Below, in pieces: positions 39,045 through 50,445 of a stretch of DNA of 64,000 nucleotides. The translations under genes were made by a program, and so were the position numbers. Source of the stretch: Octopus vulgaris (Eukaryota); assembly GCA_951406725.2 (NCBI GenBank), contig OX597814.1, positions 60,574,001 through 60,638,000 of the forward strand, read 5' to 3'. Each line of letters opens with the position of its first letter. Position 1 is the first letter of the stretch. Below the pieces are notes generated by a model. The model worked only from the letters and a program-made list of their open reading frames with translations. It was not told the DNA's origin and searched no databases.

Positions 39045-42000
39045 CAACAATTGAGGGTAAAATTAATTAATTAATCAATTTCACCAAGTATTCAGTATAC
39101 AAAGGGACCATTTAAGGCGAATTCAAATTATTACATTATATAAAAGGGCTTAGTAAAATAAATTACTTTGCCGCATACTGAACTCATTAGAAATAGCAGC
39201 TAAAAAAACTTTTTAAAAACTATCTCCAATACTTAAAGAAAACCTCTCTCATATAGTGTTTGCTCAATTCAACTCACGGAAGTATGGGGGTAGAGACATT
39301 AAAAAATCAAATGCAAAGGTTATTTGAGAACGTACGTTTCAAGATTAGTCAAAATCGACACTTCTATCATCAGCTCAGAACTCCCTGGTTTGGATTTGAA
39401 AACACTGAAAGTGGGAGCATACCCTTTCGGCCTGCCATCGCCTCTGAAGATCTGCTCAAAACTAACAGTGCTAGCAAATTCAAATATGCAAGCGAAGAAT
39501 TTCTGCTCTCCCCTTTCCACCAGCGTGGGTTAAAATCAGCAAACACTATGCTTTTTTCGGTAAAATCCGAGGCATTATATAGAGAGAGATGAATTATAAT
39601 TTCAACAATTGAGGGTAAAATTAATCTTGAAACGTACGTTCTCAAATAACCTTTGCATTTGATTTTTTAATGTCTCTACCCCCATACTTCCGTGAGTTGA
39701 ATTGAGCAAACACTATATGAGAGAGGTTTTCTTTAAGTATTGGAGATAGTTTTTAAAAATTGTTGAAATTATAATTCATCTCTCTCTATATAATGCCTCG
39801 GATTTTACCGAAAAAAGCATAGTGTTTGCTGATTTTAACCCACGCTGGTGGAAAGGGGAGAGCAGAAATTCTTCGCTTGCATATTTGAATTTGCTAGCAC
39901 TGTTAGTTTTGAGCAGATCTTCAGAGGCGATGGCAGGCCGAAAGGGTATGCTCCCACTTTCAGTGTTTTCAAATCCAAACCAGGGAGTTCTGAGCTGATG
40001 ATAGAAGTGTCGATTTTGACTAATCTTGAAATGTACGTTCTCAAATAACCTTTGCATTTGATTTTTTAATGTCTCTACCCCCATACTTCCGTGAGTTGAA
40101 TTGAGCAAACACTATATGAGAGAGGTTTTCTTTAAGTATTGGAGATAGTTTTAAAAAGTTTTTTTAGCTGCTATTTCTAATGAGTTCAGTATGCGGCAAA
40201 GTAATTTATTTTACTAAGCCCTTTTATATAATGTAATAATTTGAATTCGCCTTAAATGGTCCCTTTGTATACTGAATACTTGGTGAAATTGATTAATTAA
40301 TTAATTTTACCCTCAATTGTTGAAATTATAATTCATCACTCTCTATATAATGCCTCGGATTTTACCGAAAAAAGCATAGTGTTTGCTGATTTTAACCCAC
40401 GCTGGTGGAAAGGGGAGAGCAGAAATTCTTCGCTTGCATATTTGAATTTGCTAGCACTGTTAGTTTTGAGCAGATCTTCAGAGGCGATGGCAGGCCGAAA
40501 GGGTATGCTCCCACTTTCAGTGTTTTCAAATCCAAACCAGGGAGTTCTGAGCTGATGATAGAAGTGTCAATTTTGACTAATCTTGAAACGTACGTTCTCA
40601 AATAACCTTTGCATTTGATTTTTTAATGTCTCTACCCCCATACTTCCGTGAGTTGAATTGAGCAAACACTATATGAGAGAGGTTTTCTTTAAGTATTGGA
40701 GATAGTTTTAAAAAAGTTTTTTTAGCTGCTATTTCTAATGAGTTCAGTATGCGGCAAAGTAATTTATTTTACTAAGCCCTTTTATATAATGTAATAATTT
40801 GAATTCGCCTTAAATGGTCCCTTTGTATACTGAATACTTGGTGAAATTGATTAATTAATTAATTTTACCCTCAATTGTTGAAATTATAATTCATCACTCT
40901 CTATATAATGCCTCGGATTTTACCGAAAAAAGCATAGTGTTTGCTGATTTTAACCCACGCTGGTGGAAAGGGGAGAGCAGAAATTCTTCGCTTGCATATT
41001 TGAATTTGCTAGCACTGTTAGTTTTGAGCAGATCTTCAGAGGCGATGGCAGGCCGAAAGGGTATGCTCCCACTTTCAGTGTTTTCAAATCCAAACCAGGG
41101 AGTTCTGAGCTGATGATAGAAGTGTCGATTTTGACTAATCTTGAAACGTACGTTCTCAAATAACCTTTGCATTTGATTTTTTAATGTCTCTACCCCCATA
41201 CTTCCGTGAGTTGAATTGAGCAAACACTATATGAGAGAGGTTTTCTTTAAGTATTGGAGATAGTTTTTAAAAAAGTTTTTTAGCTGCTATTTCTAATGAG
41301 TTCAGTATGCGGCAAAGTAATTTATTTTACTAAGCCCTTTTATATAATGTAATAATTTGAATTCGCCTTAAATGGTCCCTTTGTATACTGAATACTTGGT
41401 GAAATTGATTAATTAATTAATTTTACCCTCAATTGTTGAAATTATAATTCATCTCTCTCTATATAATGCCTCGGATTTTACCGAAAAAAGCATAGTGTTT
41501 GCTGATTTTAACCCACGCTGGTGGAAAGGGGAGAGCAGAAATTCTTCGCTTGCATATTTGAATTTGCTAGCACTGTTAGTTTTGAGCAGATCTTCAGAGG
41601 CGATGGCAGGCCGAAAGGGTATGCTCCCACTTTCAGTGTTTTCAAATCCAAACCAGGGAGTTCTGAGCTGATGATAGAAGTGTCGATTTTGACTAATCTT
41701 GAAATGTACGTTCTCAAATAACCTTTGCATTTGATTTTTTAATGTCTCTACCCCCATACTTCCGTGAGTTGAATTGAGCAAACACTATATGAGAGAGGTT
41801 TTCTTTAAGTATTGGAGATAGTTTTTAAAAAAGTTTTTTTAGCTGCTATTTCTAATGAGTTCAGTATGCGGCAAAGTAATTTATTTTACTAAGCCCTTTT
41901 ATATAATGTAATAATTTGAATTCGCCTTAAATGGTCCCTTTGTATACTGAATACTTGGTGAAATTGATTAATTAATTAATTTTACCCTCAATTGTTGAAA

Positions 42001-42458
42001 TTATAATTCATCTCTCTCTATATAATGCCTCGGATTTTACCGAAAAAAGCATAGTGTTTGCTGATTTTAACCCACGCTGGTGGAAAGGGGAGAGCAGAAA
42101 TTCTTCGCTTGCATATTTGAATTTGCTAGCACTGTTAGTTTTGAGCAGATCTTCAGAGGCGATGGCAGGCTGAAAGGGTATGCTCCCACTTTCAGTGTTT
42201 TCAAATCCAAACCAGGGAGTTCTGAGCTGATGATAGAAGTGTCGATTTTGACTAATCTTGAAACGTACGTTCTCAAATAACCTTTGCATTTGATTTTTTA
42301 ATGTCTCTACCCCCATACTTCCGTGAGTTGAATTGAGCAAACACTATATGAGAGAGGTTTTCTTTAAGTATTGGAGATAGTTTTTAAAAAAGTTTTTTTA
42401 GCTGCTATTTCTAATGAGTTCAGTATGCGGCAAAGTAATTTATTTTACTAAGCCCTTT

Positions 42459-42466
<8 letters not shown>
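39038..42466 (+). mobile_element. Tandem array of 557-559-bp hammerhead-bearing units with an inverted leading copy (Penelope pLTR / non-LTR retrozyme-like)
   Basis: Unit starts at 39758, 40315, 40873, 41431 and 41990 (last one partial), differing by only a few bases. Inverted unit at 39038-39625. Flanked by (TA)n on both sides. No RT or GIY-YIG ORF. Confidence 0.85.
40548..40600 (+). ncRNA. Minimal type-I hammerhead ribozyme motif (representative copy; others at 39991-40043, 41106-41158, 41664-41716, 42223-42275 on +, and 39325-39377 on -)
   Basis: TGAG-CTGATGA-[t AGA agt GTCA attt TGAC taa TCT t]-GAAAC-GTAC-GTT^CTCA. Stem I is TGAG/CTCA, both core boxes are intact, stem III is the palindrome ACGTACGT and the cleavage triplet is GUU. 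Confidence 0.8.
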
Positions 42467-42507
<41 letters not shown>

Positions 42508-42917
42508 TGATAGGAGAACTCAATAAGTGCAGGCATGGCTGCATGGTAAGAAGTTTCCTTCCAAGTCACATGGTTCAGGATTCACTCACATTGTGTGACA
42601 CCTAGGACAATTCTCTTCCATCATAGCCTTGGGCTGACCCTTGCAAGTGAAGTTGGGCGACGGAAAACTGAAAGACGCCTATCATACATACATTCAAATT
42701 CTTCTTGTGAATAAGGAGCTGGTTTCTAACAAAAATACAAAGCTCTATCATTGGAATGTAGATAACAAAAACAGTGTCACATTTTAAACTTGCGATAGTG
42801 GGGGAGACAAACACAGACGCACGAACACATACATACATGCATGCATGCATGCATGCATGCATGCATACATACATACATACATACATACATACATACATAC
42901 ATACATACATACATACA

Positions 42918-42953
<36 letters not shown>

Positions 42954-43111
42954 GAGAGAGAGAGCAATAAGAAAATGGATGGGATCAATAGGTGGTTCAT
43001 CAACTTTTAGACATATGTCAACTTATTTACTAAAAACTTGTAATAACTTATTTCTCATATGCATTATATTAAAATAATATCCCCTTAGTATATCACTTTA
43101 ACCATAAATCC

Positions 43112-43169
<58 letters not shown>

Positions 43170-44293
43170 GAATTCACCTTTTCAACTACTTTTTATTTTG
43201 TTTATAATTTGTTTTATTTCATTGGTTATCAATTAACCAACCATAACTGAGACAAAGCAATTCAAAAATTTGATGACCAATTAGATTAAGTAAATGAATA
43301 AAAGTAACCACTCCCCACTTCCCGTAAGATTTAAACTACTGCAAAAAGAAAAAAATAACGAAGTAATAAGCATACCACGTTTCTATATGTAAATACAAAT
43401 TAGTCTGTGTATTATTGTTGTAGTTATATTTATAACGATACAAACTAATACACCGATCCTAGATTCCAAAACACATATAATACGTATATACATATAAGTA
43501 TGTTTGAATGGAAAAATATATATGTATATATAAATTTGTGCCTGTAAGTATATGTGCATATGCATATATACGTTCCCCATGTGTATGCAGTTTCGTTCTG
43601 ACATAACTGTAATAATTTTAAGATATATTGATTGCAAAATTACTATTCTTATAACTTTCAAAAATCTCTGTTTATATTTTATATTCTATATTTTATCTAA
43701 TATGAATAATAGAATGCATCTAATATTAATAATATTAATAATAATTGATTATTGTGTATGCTTGTATATGTAAATATGTATGTACATTTAAGTATATATA
43801 TATAAGTATCTATGTATATTTATATATGTATGTATATGTGTATCTATTTATAGGTATTTAAATGTGTGTGTATTTTATTTATTTCATATTTATATTTATT
43901 TATAACTTAACCTTATGTACTTTATTATCTCTGATGAAGCCTAGAGAAACACCCAAGTACCTCAACTTCATCTACTTATTACTTCAGTCCACTGGAAGAA
44001 TGAGGTATTTTTGCCTCTATTTACAATAGGCTTCTTTCAGTTTCCATCTACCAAATATACTCACAAGGTTTCAGTCTGCCCAAGGCTACAGTAGAAGATA
44101 CCTGACCAAAGTACCATGTAGTGGGACTGAACCTGGAACCATGTGGTTGGGAAGCAAACTTCTTACCACACAGCCACTCCTAAAAATTCTTCGAGGCAGT
44201 ACCCCAGCATGGCTACAGCCTGATGACTGAAACAAGTAAAAGATAAGGGATGCCAACAACCCCAAATGACCACTGACTAGAATTCCTCATTAG

Positions 44294-44509
44294 CCCTTTA
44301 GCATTCAAATCACTTTGTCAAATGCAATGCTTATTCATGTTGTTTTGATTTAATCATGCATTTACTCACAGCTTTGAGATTTCAATGATGCAATTCTTTA
44401 TATTTAGAATGACATTGTAGGGTAAATAAGAGAGGCTGAATTTGGCTGGTTTGAACATAAAACTGGTAGAATATATCGGTCTGATATGGCCAGTTTAAAT
44501 GCTAAGGGG
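44294..44509. mobile_element. Short TTAA-type MITE (related elements at 18369-18591, 33983-34469, ~49490-49711, ~50447-50656)
   Basis: Ends ccctttagcatt / aatgctaagggg|TTAA; a reverse-oriented homolog lies at 49490-49711. Confidence 0.6.
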
Positions 44510-45374
44510 TTAAGCAAAGAGATGCATCAGTTAACAACCCTCTACATATGTAAAGTAAGAGGCATATTGAAGCATTGATCACAAAATACCCTGTTCAAGA
44601 CTACATCCCAAAACAGGTTGTCTAACTGATTAGTGGATCACCAACACTTACAGATATGTTATTAGAGGCAGTTAAAAGTATAGTAGTGAGCACTACCCAG
44701 CCTAAGCCCATCTGATGCACCAGCTTCTACATTTTGTCATGACTAACAGGTCTCACATTCTAAATGGGAAGGAAGGAAGAAAGGATTTTAGCAGATGGGA
44801 CTGACAGAATAATTACTTTTTTACTCTTTTACTTGTTTCAGTCATTTGACTGTGGCCATGCTGGAGCACCACCTTTAGTTGAGCAAATGAACCCCAGGAC
44901 TTATTCTTTGTAAGCCTAGTACTTATTCTATCAGTCTTTTTTGCTGAACTGCTAAGTTACGGGGATATAAACACACCACCATCAGTTGTCAAGTGATGTT
45001 GGGGGGACAAACACAGACACACAAACATATACACACACATACATATATATACATATACGCGATGGACTTCTTTCAGTTTCCGTCTATCAAATCCACTCAC
45101 AAGGCTTTGGTTGGCCCAAGGCTATAGTAGAAGACACTTGCCCGAGGTGTCACGCAGTGGGACTGAACCCAGAACCATGTGGCTGGTAAGCAAGCTACTT
45201 ACCACACAGCCACTCCTGCACCTTTAAAAAATAAGGAAAGTGCTAGGGTCAATTTGTCCAACTAAACCCTTCAAGGCAGAGCTTTGGCACTGGCTGCATT
45301 TCAATGACTAAAGCAAATATAAAAGATAAAAGGTACCTTATCTACATCATGTGCTCTTTATTTTAATCTATTTC

Positions 45375-46055
45375 AAAGCAGCAAGTTGGCAGAATTGTTA
45401 GCACACAAGGAAAAATGCTTAGCAGTATTTTGTGCATCTTTACTCACTGAGCTCAAATTCTGTCAAGGTTGACTTTGCCTTTCATTCTTTTGGGGTTGAG
45501 AAAATAAGTACCAGTTAAGAACTGGGGTCAATGCAATAGACTAGCTCCACTCTCATGAACTTGCTGGCCTTGTGCCAAATTTTGAAACCAATATTTTAAT
45601 ATATTTTAAGGCAGCCAGCTAGCAGAATCGTTAGCATGCCAGGCAAAATGCTCAGTAGCATCTTGTAAGTCTTTACATTTTGAGTTCAAATTACGCTGAT
45701 GTCGGCTTTGCCTTTCATCATTTTGGGGTCAATATAAAGCACCAGTTGAACATAAGGGTCAATGTCATTGACTTACTTCTTCCTCCAATCTTGCCGGACT
45801 TGTACCAAAATGTGAAACTGATATTTTAATGTATTTTAAGGCAACAAGCTGGCAGAATCTTTAGCTTGCCAGGCAAAATGTTCAATGGTATCTCATCCGT
45901 CTTTACATTTTGAGTTCAAATTCCAAAGAAGTCGACAGTGTTTTCCATCGTTTCAGGGTCAATAACATACGTATCAAATAAGCGTTAGAGTCAATGTAAT
46001 CAACTAGCACCACTCCTGAAATTTCTGGCCTTGTGCTAAATTTTGAATCCAATAT
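45375..46055 (+). mobile_element. Three head-to-tail copies of tRNA-derived SINE family B. About 20 more copies on both strands, e.g. ~3447-3660, ~13350-14210 (three, -), ~15962-16175, ~17730-18645, ~20960-21410, ~50690-51145, ~55385-55905, ~56880-57095
   Basis: Consensus gctggcagaatcgttagc..gagttcaaattc..gtcgactttgcctttcatcctttcggggtcgataaaataagtaccagttg..ggccttgtgcc; usually adjacent to (TAA)n. Confidence 0.85.
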
Positions 46056-46904
46056 TTTAATGAATTTTATGCTATTAACTACTATGCTACCTTGAGGGCA
46101 ATGTAATTTCATATATAATGTAATCCCACTAATTTTGGACTTCAAAATCAGAAATATATTTTACACCCTTATCTGTTTTTTAAAGTTTAATGTGACTCCT
46201 GAAAATCTGATCCCTGGTGTTGAGTACATTAAATTTCTCACACTATACATGAGTAAATATGATATTTCTGGTTACTTCTGGAATGAATATCAAAACGAAG
46301 TAATTAGTCTCTATATGTGTGAGTATATCTTTGGTGCATTTTATTTCTCCTGTAATTTATTTCATTGTTTTGTGTTTTATATTGCACATGTTGAATTATC
46401 AAATAATTTGCTACAAGAGGAAAATTTAAAAAAAAACAAATTTGCTTCTTAAATCTTGATAACAAAAATTTTCCCTCTGTATGGTCTAGAGATTTCTGAG
46501 ATACCAAGACAAACAATTGAACAAAAAAAAAAATGAATAAATAAACATATGAGTGACATTTCATTTCTTGAAAATTTGATATTGTGGATGGCTCAGGTGA
46601 AGATGATGATAATGATGATGGTGGTGGTTATCCAGTTGTAAAATCCATCTGAGAAGTAAAAAACACAGTGAAGATGCCTGTGTGAGAATGTGTGTGTGTG
46701 TAAGAGAGAGAGAGAGAGAGAGAGAGATAGTGAAGGACCATAAGAAGTAAAACACAGAACTATACATCCTATGCAAGCATAGAGACAGACTTAGTGATGG
46801 TGGTGGTGGTTGTTGTTGTTGTTGTGGCGGTGGTGGCGGTGGCGGCAGCACTGATGCATGCTAAAAAGAAATACGACAAATGATTTAAACAGTAACAAAC
46901 TTAC

Positions 46905-46988
46905 CGGGAAAGGCCTCAACAGGATGTAGTAAGCCATCATCTTGCAACTCATAGAGTTCTTCATCATCATGTATTTCTGGTTCCAAAT
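46905..46988 (-). CDS. Coding exon A (most 5' exon found) of the minus-strand LRR gene; acidic linker (D)LEPEIHDDEELYELQDDGLLHPVEAFP
   Basis: Acceptor ctcttttcag, donor gtaagt, 84 nt, open frame, phase 1-1, compatible with exon B. No domain motif, so weaker support than the downstream exons. Confidence 0.65.
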
Positions 46989-47188
46989 CTGAAAAGAGGT
47001 AATAGAGATACATAAAGTTGGTTATCAATTAAAACTGTAGCAGAAAAAGCAATACCAAATATGGTAACAGTTGCATAGTAGGGCATGTTGGGAGGTGGGT
47101 CCAGGGTATGTAACAGGCTTCTTTCAGTTTCTATCAATGAAATCCACTTACTGTGTTTTATATATACATACACACATGTACGTATATA

Positions 47189-47405
47189 TGAGGGGGTGCT
47201 GAAAAGTCGCTGGCTTTGGGTAAAAGAAAATACAGGAGGATCAGTTAATTATGATTTTATTTAACATATCCCGTTCTCAGATTCACATACTTATTGCAGT
47301 GGTCCTTCAGTTTTTCTAAGTCCTGTAAAAAGAACTCTGATGGTTGGGCTTCCAACCAGGCCTTTCATGATACCCTTAAAGCCAAGAACTTTTCAGCACC
47401 CCACG
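47189..47405. mobile_element. mariner-like MITE
   Basis: TA|tgagggggtgctgaaaagt..tggcttt ... aaagccaagaacttttcagcaccccacg|TA. Confidence 0.75.
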
Positions 47406-48088
47406 TACATATATATATATATATTATATTATAAAAAGCACTCAGTCCATTCTGTGGTGTGGTTGGTGTCAGGAAGGGCATCCAGCCATAAGAACCCTGC
47501 CAAAACAGACACAGAAGTCTACTGCAGTCTTCAGCCTGGCCAGCTCTTGTCAAACCATCCAACCCATGCCAGCATGGAAGGTGGTCATTAAATGATGATA
47601 ATGATTATATCATCATCATTTAAGGTCCATTCTCCATACTGCAAGCCCTATGAACACTCAAACATACACTCATATGTATGAATAGATGCATACATAAGTC
47701 ACACACACACACACACACAAACCAACAAATATTTCACAAGATCTATAGACTGAAATTGGATACATGATGCCACAAATAGGTATAATTTCCAAGTGTCACA
47801 CTCACAAACACAGACACACACATGAATAAACATTAAACATACACACAAACATATTCTAACACATACACCAACGTAGCTTGAAGATTAACAAAATCCAATA
47901 TGCTTTGTTCTTGCTACGGCTACTGCTGCTACTGGCATTGTTGTTGGTGTTGTAAGAATTATATTTTTGCTTTGCATTCTTGTCCTTGTATTTATTTATT
48001 TATTTATCTATTGCTTTTTTCCTATCTTTTGTTTCTAAAAAGATCAAAGATAAATTACAGTAAACATTCTAGTCAGGCTGATATTTAT

Positions 48089-48141
<53 letters not shown>

Positions 48142-48899
48142 CATATACATATACACACACACACATATATATACATATATACACATACACACATATACAT
48201 ACATATATATATACACATACATGCACACACACACATACATGTACATATTTGTACATAAATATTATTGAATCAAATCAAGAAATTTTTGTAAGCATGAATT
48301 ACTATCAATAAACATTTACATCCGGAAACCAGAAATCTAAACAACTCTGCAGATACACCAAGTGTTTCATACAAAATGTCGAGTCAAACTCAAAGAAACA
48401 CACACACACACACACACACACATCCATATATTGAATTTAAAGCAAAACAGTTTCAAAATGTGTATATGTTGTTGGGTATTTTCAATGGTATTTGAACATC
48501 ATTCCCACTTAAGGGAAGAAAAATTGAAACTGATCCCTGGTCAAGCAATTACATATAGCCAAAAAAGGGTTTCTTTTGTTGCTGTTGTTGTTATTGTTTA
48601 ACTCTCGGTCACTCCTGACTGAGCTGATATATGATCAAAGGTGTTCCAGCCTTGGTTGATGCAGTAATATATTTGATCATATTAGACCAGTCTAAGTGTA
48701 CAAGAATGGCATTGATGATGACAGAGATGCTGCCTGGGCTAGGCTGGGTGGCACATATCTTCATTTGGGTTTATTGTCTAAAATATCCCCATGACCTACT
48801 ATTTGCTGCCCCACTCCACTTACATTGGGCTCATTGAATAGTTTTAAATCCCTCATCTGCCTCCACCTGCTCTGATACTCCCCCTCTTTGATACTTACT

Positions 48900-49330
48900 G
48901 ATCAATCATCTGTCTCTGTCACTCACACTCACACTCTGTCACTCACTCTCTCTCTCTTTTGCTCACCCTCACCCCCTGCTACTCAGACTCTCTCACTTAC
49001 CCTATCTCTCTCTCACTACCCTATCTCTTTCACTACCCTATCTCTCTCTTACTACCCTCTCTCTGTCACCATCTCTTTCTGTCACTCACCCTCTATTTTT
49101 CTCTCTCTCTCACATTTACCACCCTGTAACTCACCCGCCTCTATCACTCACCCCTTCTTTCTCAATACCCTCTCTCTGTCACTCACCATATCTTTCTCTC
49201 ACTCATTCTCTATTTCTCTCTCTCTCTCATTTACCATCTCTCTGTTGCTCACTCCCTCTCTCTCTATAACTCACCCTCCTCTATCACTCACCCTTTCTCT
49301 TATCCTGTCTCTTCACTCTATCACTGTAAC
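48900..49330. repeat. CT-rich low-complexity/minisatellite (ctctctcactcaccc-like)
   Basis: Recurrent tcactcaccctct / ctctctct motifs on a purine-poor strand. Confidence 0.8.
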
Positions 49331-49799
49331 ACTATATTTATTACTCCTTCATTGACTTGCCATCTTACCAATCTATACTACAATAATAAAACTGAAAGGA
49401 TAATACTAATCAGTTATTAATATTTTTGAAATTTTTTCTCCCTCTTATTAAGGCCTAACATTAGCCAAAAAACGAGCCTATACATGGCTTTACTTTAGTA
49501 TTTAATCCAGCCATATCCGGCACAGATATTCTACCCATTTTATGTTAAAACTGATCTGATCCAACCTCTTACACTTACTCTACAATGTCATATTAAAAAT
49601 ATACAAAAGCATCATTGAAATCTTGAAGCTACAAGATAATGTATGATTAATTCAGAATAATGTTAAAAGACAAGCAAATACATTTGATAAAGAAATCTGA
49701 ATGCTAAAGGGTTAATTCTATTCATACTAATCCTCTGAGATTCCCCTTGTTTCTATGATATAAGGCTGTCTGTTTTCAAGAATTTATACATAAATTTAA

Positions 49800-50445
49800 T
49801 ATAATAATAATAATGAAATTATTGCATACAGTGCTCAGGTGCACCACAACTTGTCAAAAGTGCATATAAAGCATATGCAGTAATGTACAAATGTATGGGA
49901 AGTGGACAGTGTATGAGTCAGATACATGTTTGCGTGTGTATGGAGGGAAGAAAATCAGGTGTAGTGTTGGCGAATGTCAGGAAGCATGGAAGTTTTGAAG
50001 GATGCAGTGCTCCGACAACTAACAACTGATGCCAGCAGTTTGTTCCATACTTCAGTAACTCTTAGCATGAAAAAATGTTTCCGAAAGTCATGGGAGCTGT
50101 TCTGTTTTCTGACTTGATAAACATGTCCACAGGTGTTAGACAGGTGAAGTTTGAAAAGGTGCTCAGAGTTATTGTTTGTAAGATGGTTAATAATTTTATG
50201 GGGGTCTGCCAAGTCAGCTGCCAAACATCGGAGTTTCAATGCCCAGGGAAGTAAGGGTTCAGAATATGGCAAATGCCTGATGGAGAGTATTCTCTTGGTT
50301 GTATGTCGCTGAACGGTTTCCAGACGATTAATATCCTGGGCAAGATAGGGGTTGCAGACCGGTGATGCAAATTCCAGGTGAGGCCGCACCATAGCTATAT
50401 AAAGCCTCAGACAGATAGCCAGAGAGCAGCTCACAAAGGACTTGG
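49800..50445 (-). mobile_element. CR1-clade LINE 3' fragment (ORF2 C-terminus and tail)
   Basis: ORF 49955..50434: LYIAMVRPHLEFASPV.NPYLAQDINRLETVQR..RKHFFMLRVTEVWNKL..VVS...ASFK, a typical CR1 ORF2 end. Confidence 0.85.

Noticed and set aside
39260-42340. Repeated 110-, 69- and 66-aa ORFs in the tandem units
   Set aside because: They overlap on both strands, show no recognisable domain and recur only because the DNA is repeated. The hammerhead RNA motif explains the unit better.
39038-42466. CRISPR array or rDNA/snRNA/histone tandem cluster
   Set aside because: No unique spacers and no recognisable 5S, snRNA, tRNA or histone sequence; the context is a eukaryotic intron.
43200-43960. AT-rich segment ending in atctCTGATGAagcctagaGAAAC (possible hammerhead)
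   Set aside because: No convincing stem II or stem III, and no NUH followed by a stem I partner; at most a truncated Penelope-like remnant.
46561-46862. Acceptor-like sites followed by poly-Pro/Gln or poly-His frames just downstream of exon A
   Set aside because: The first would need a 44-nt intron, the in-phase frames reach stops quickly, and the sequence is microsatellite-like.
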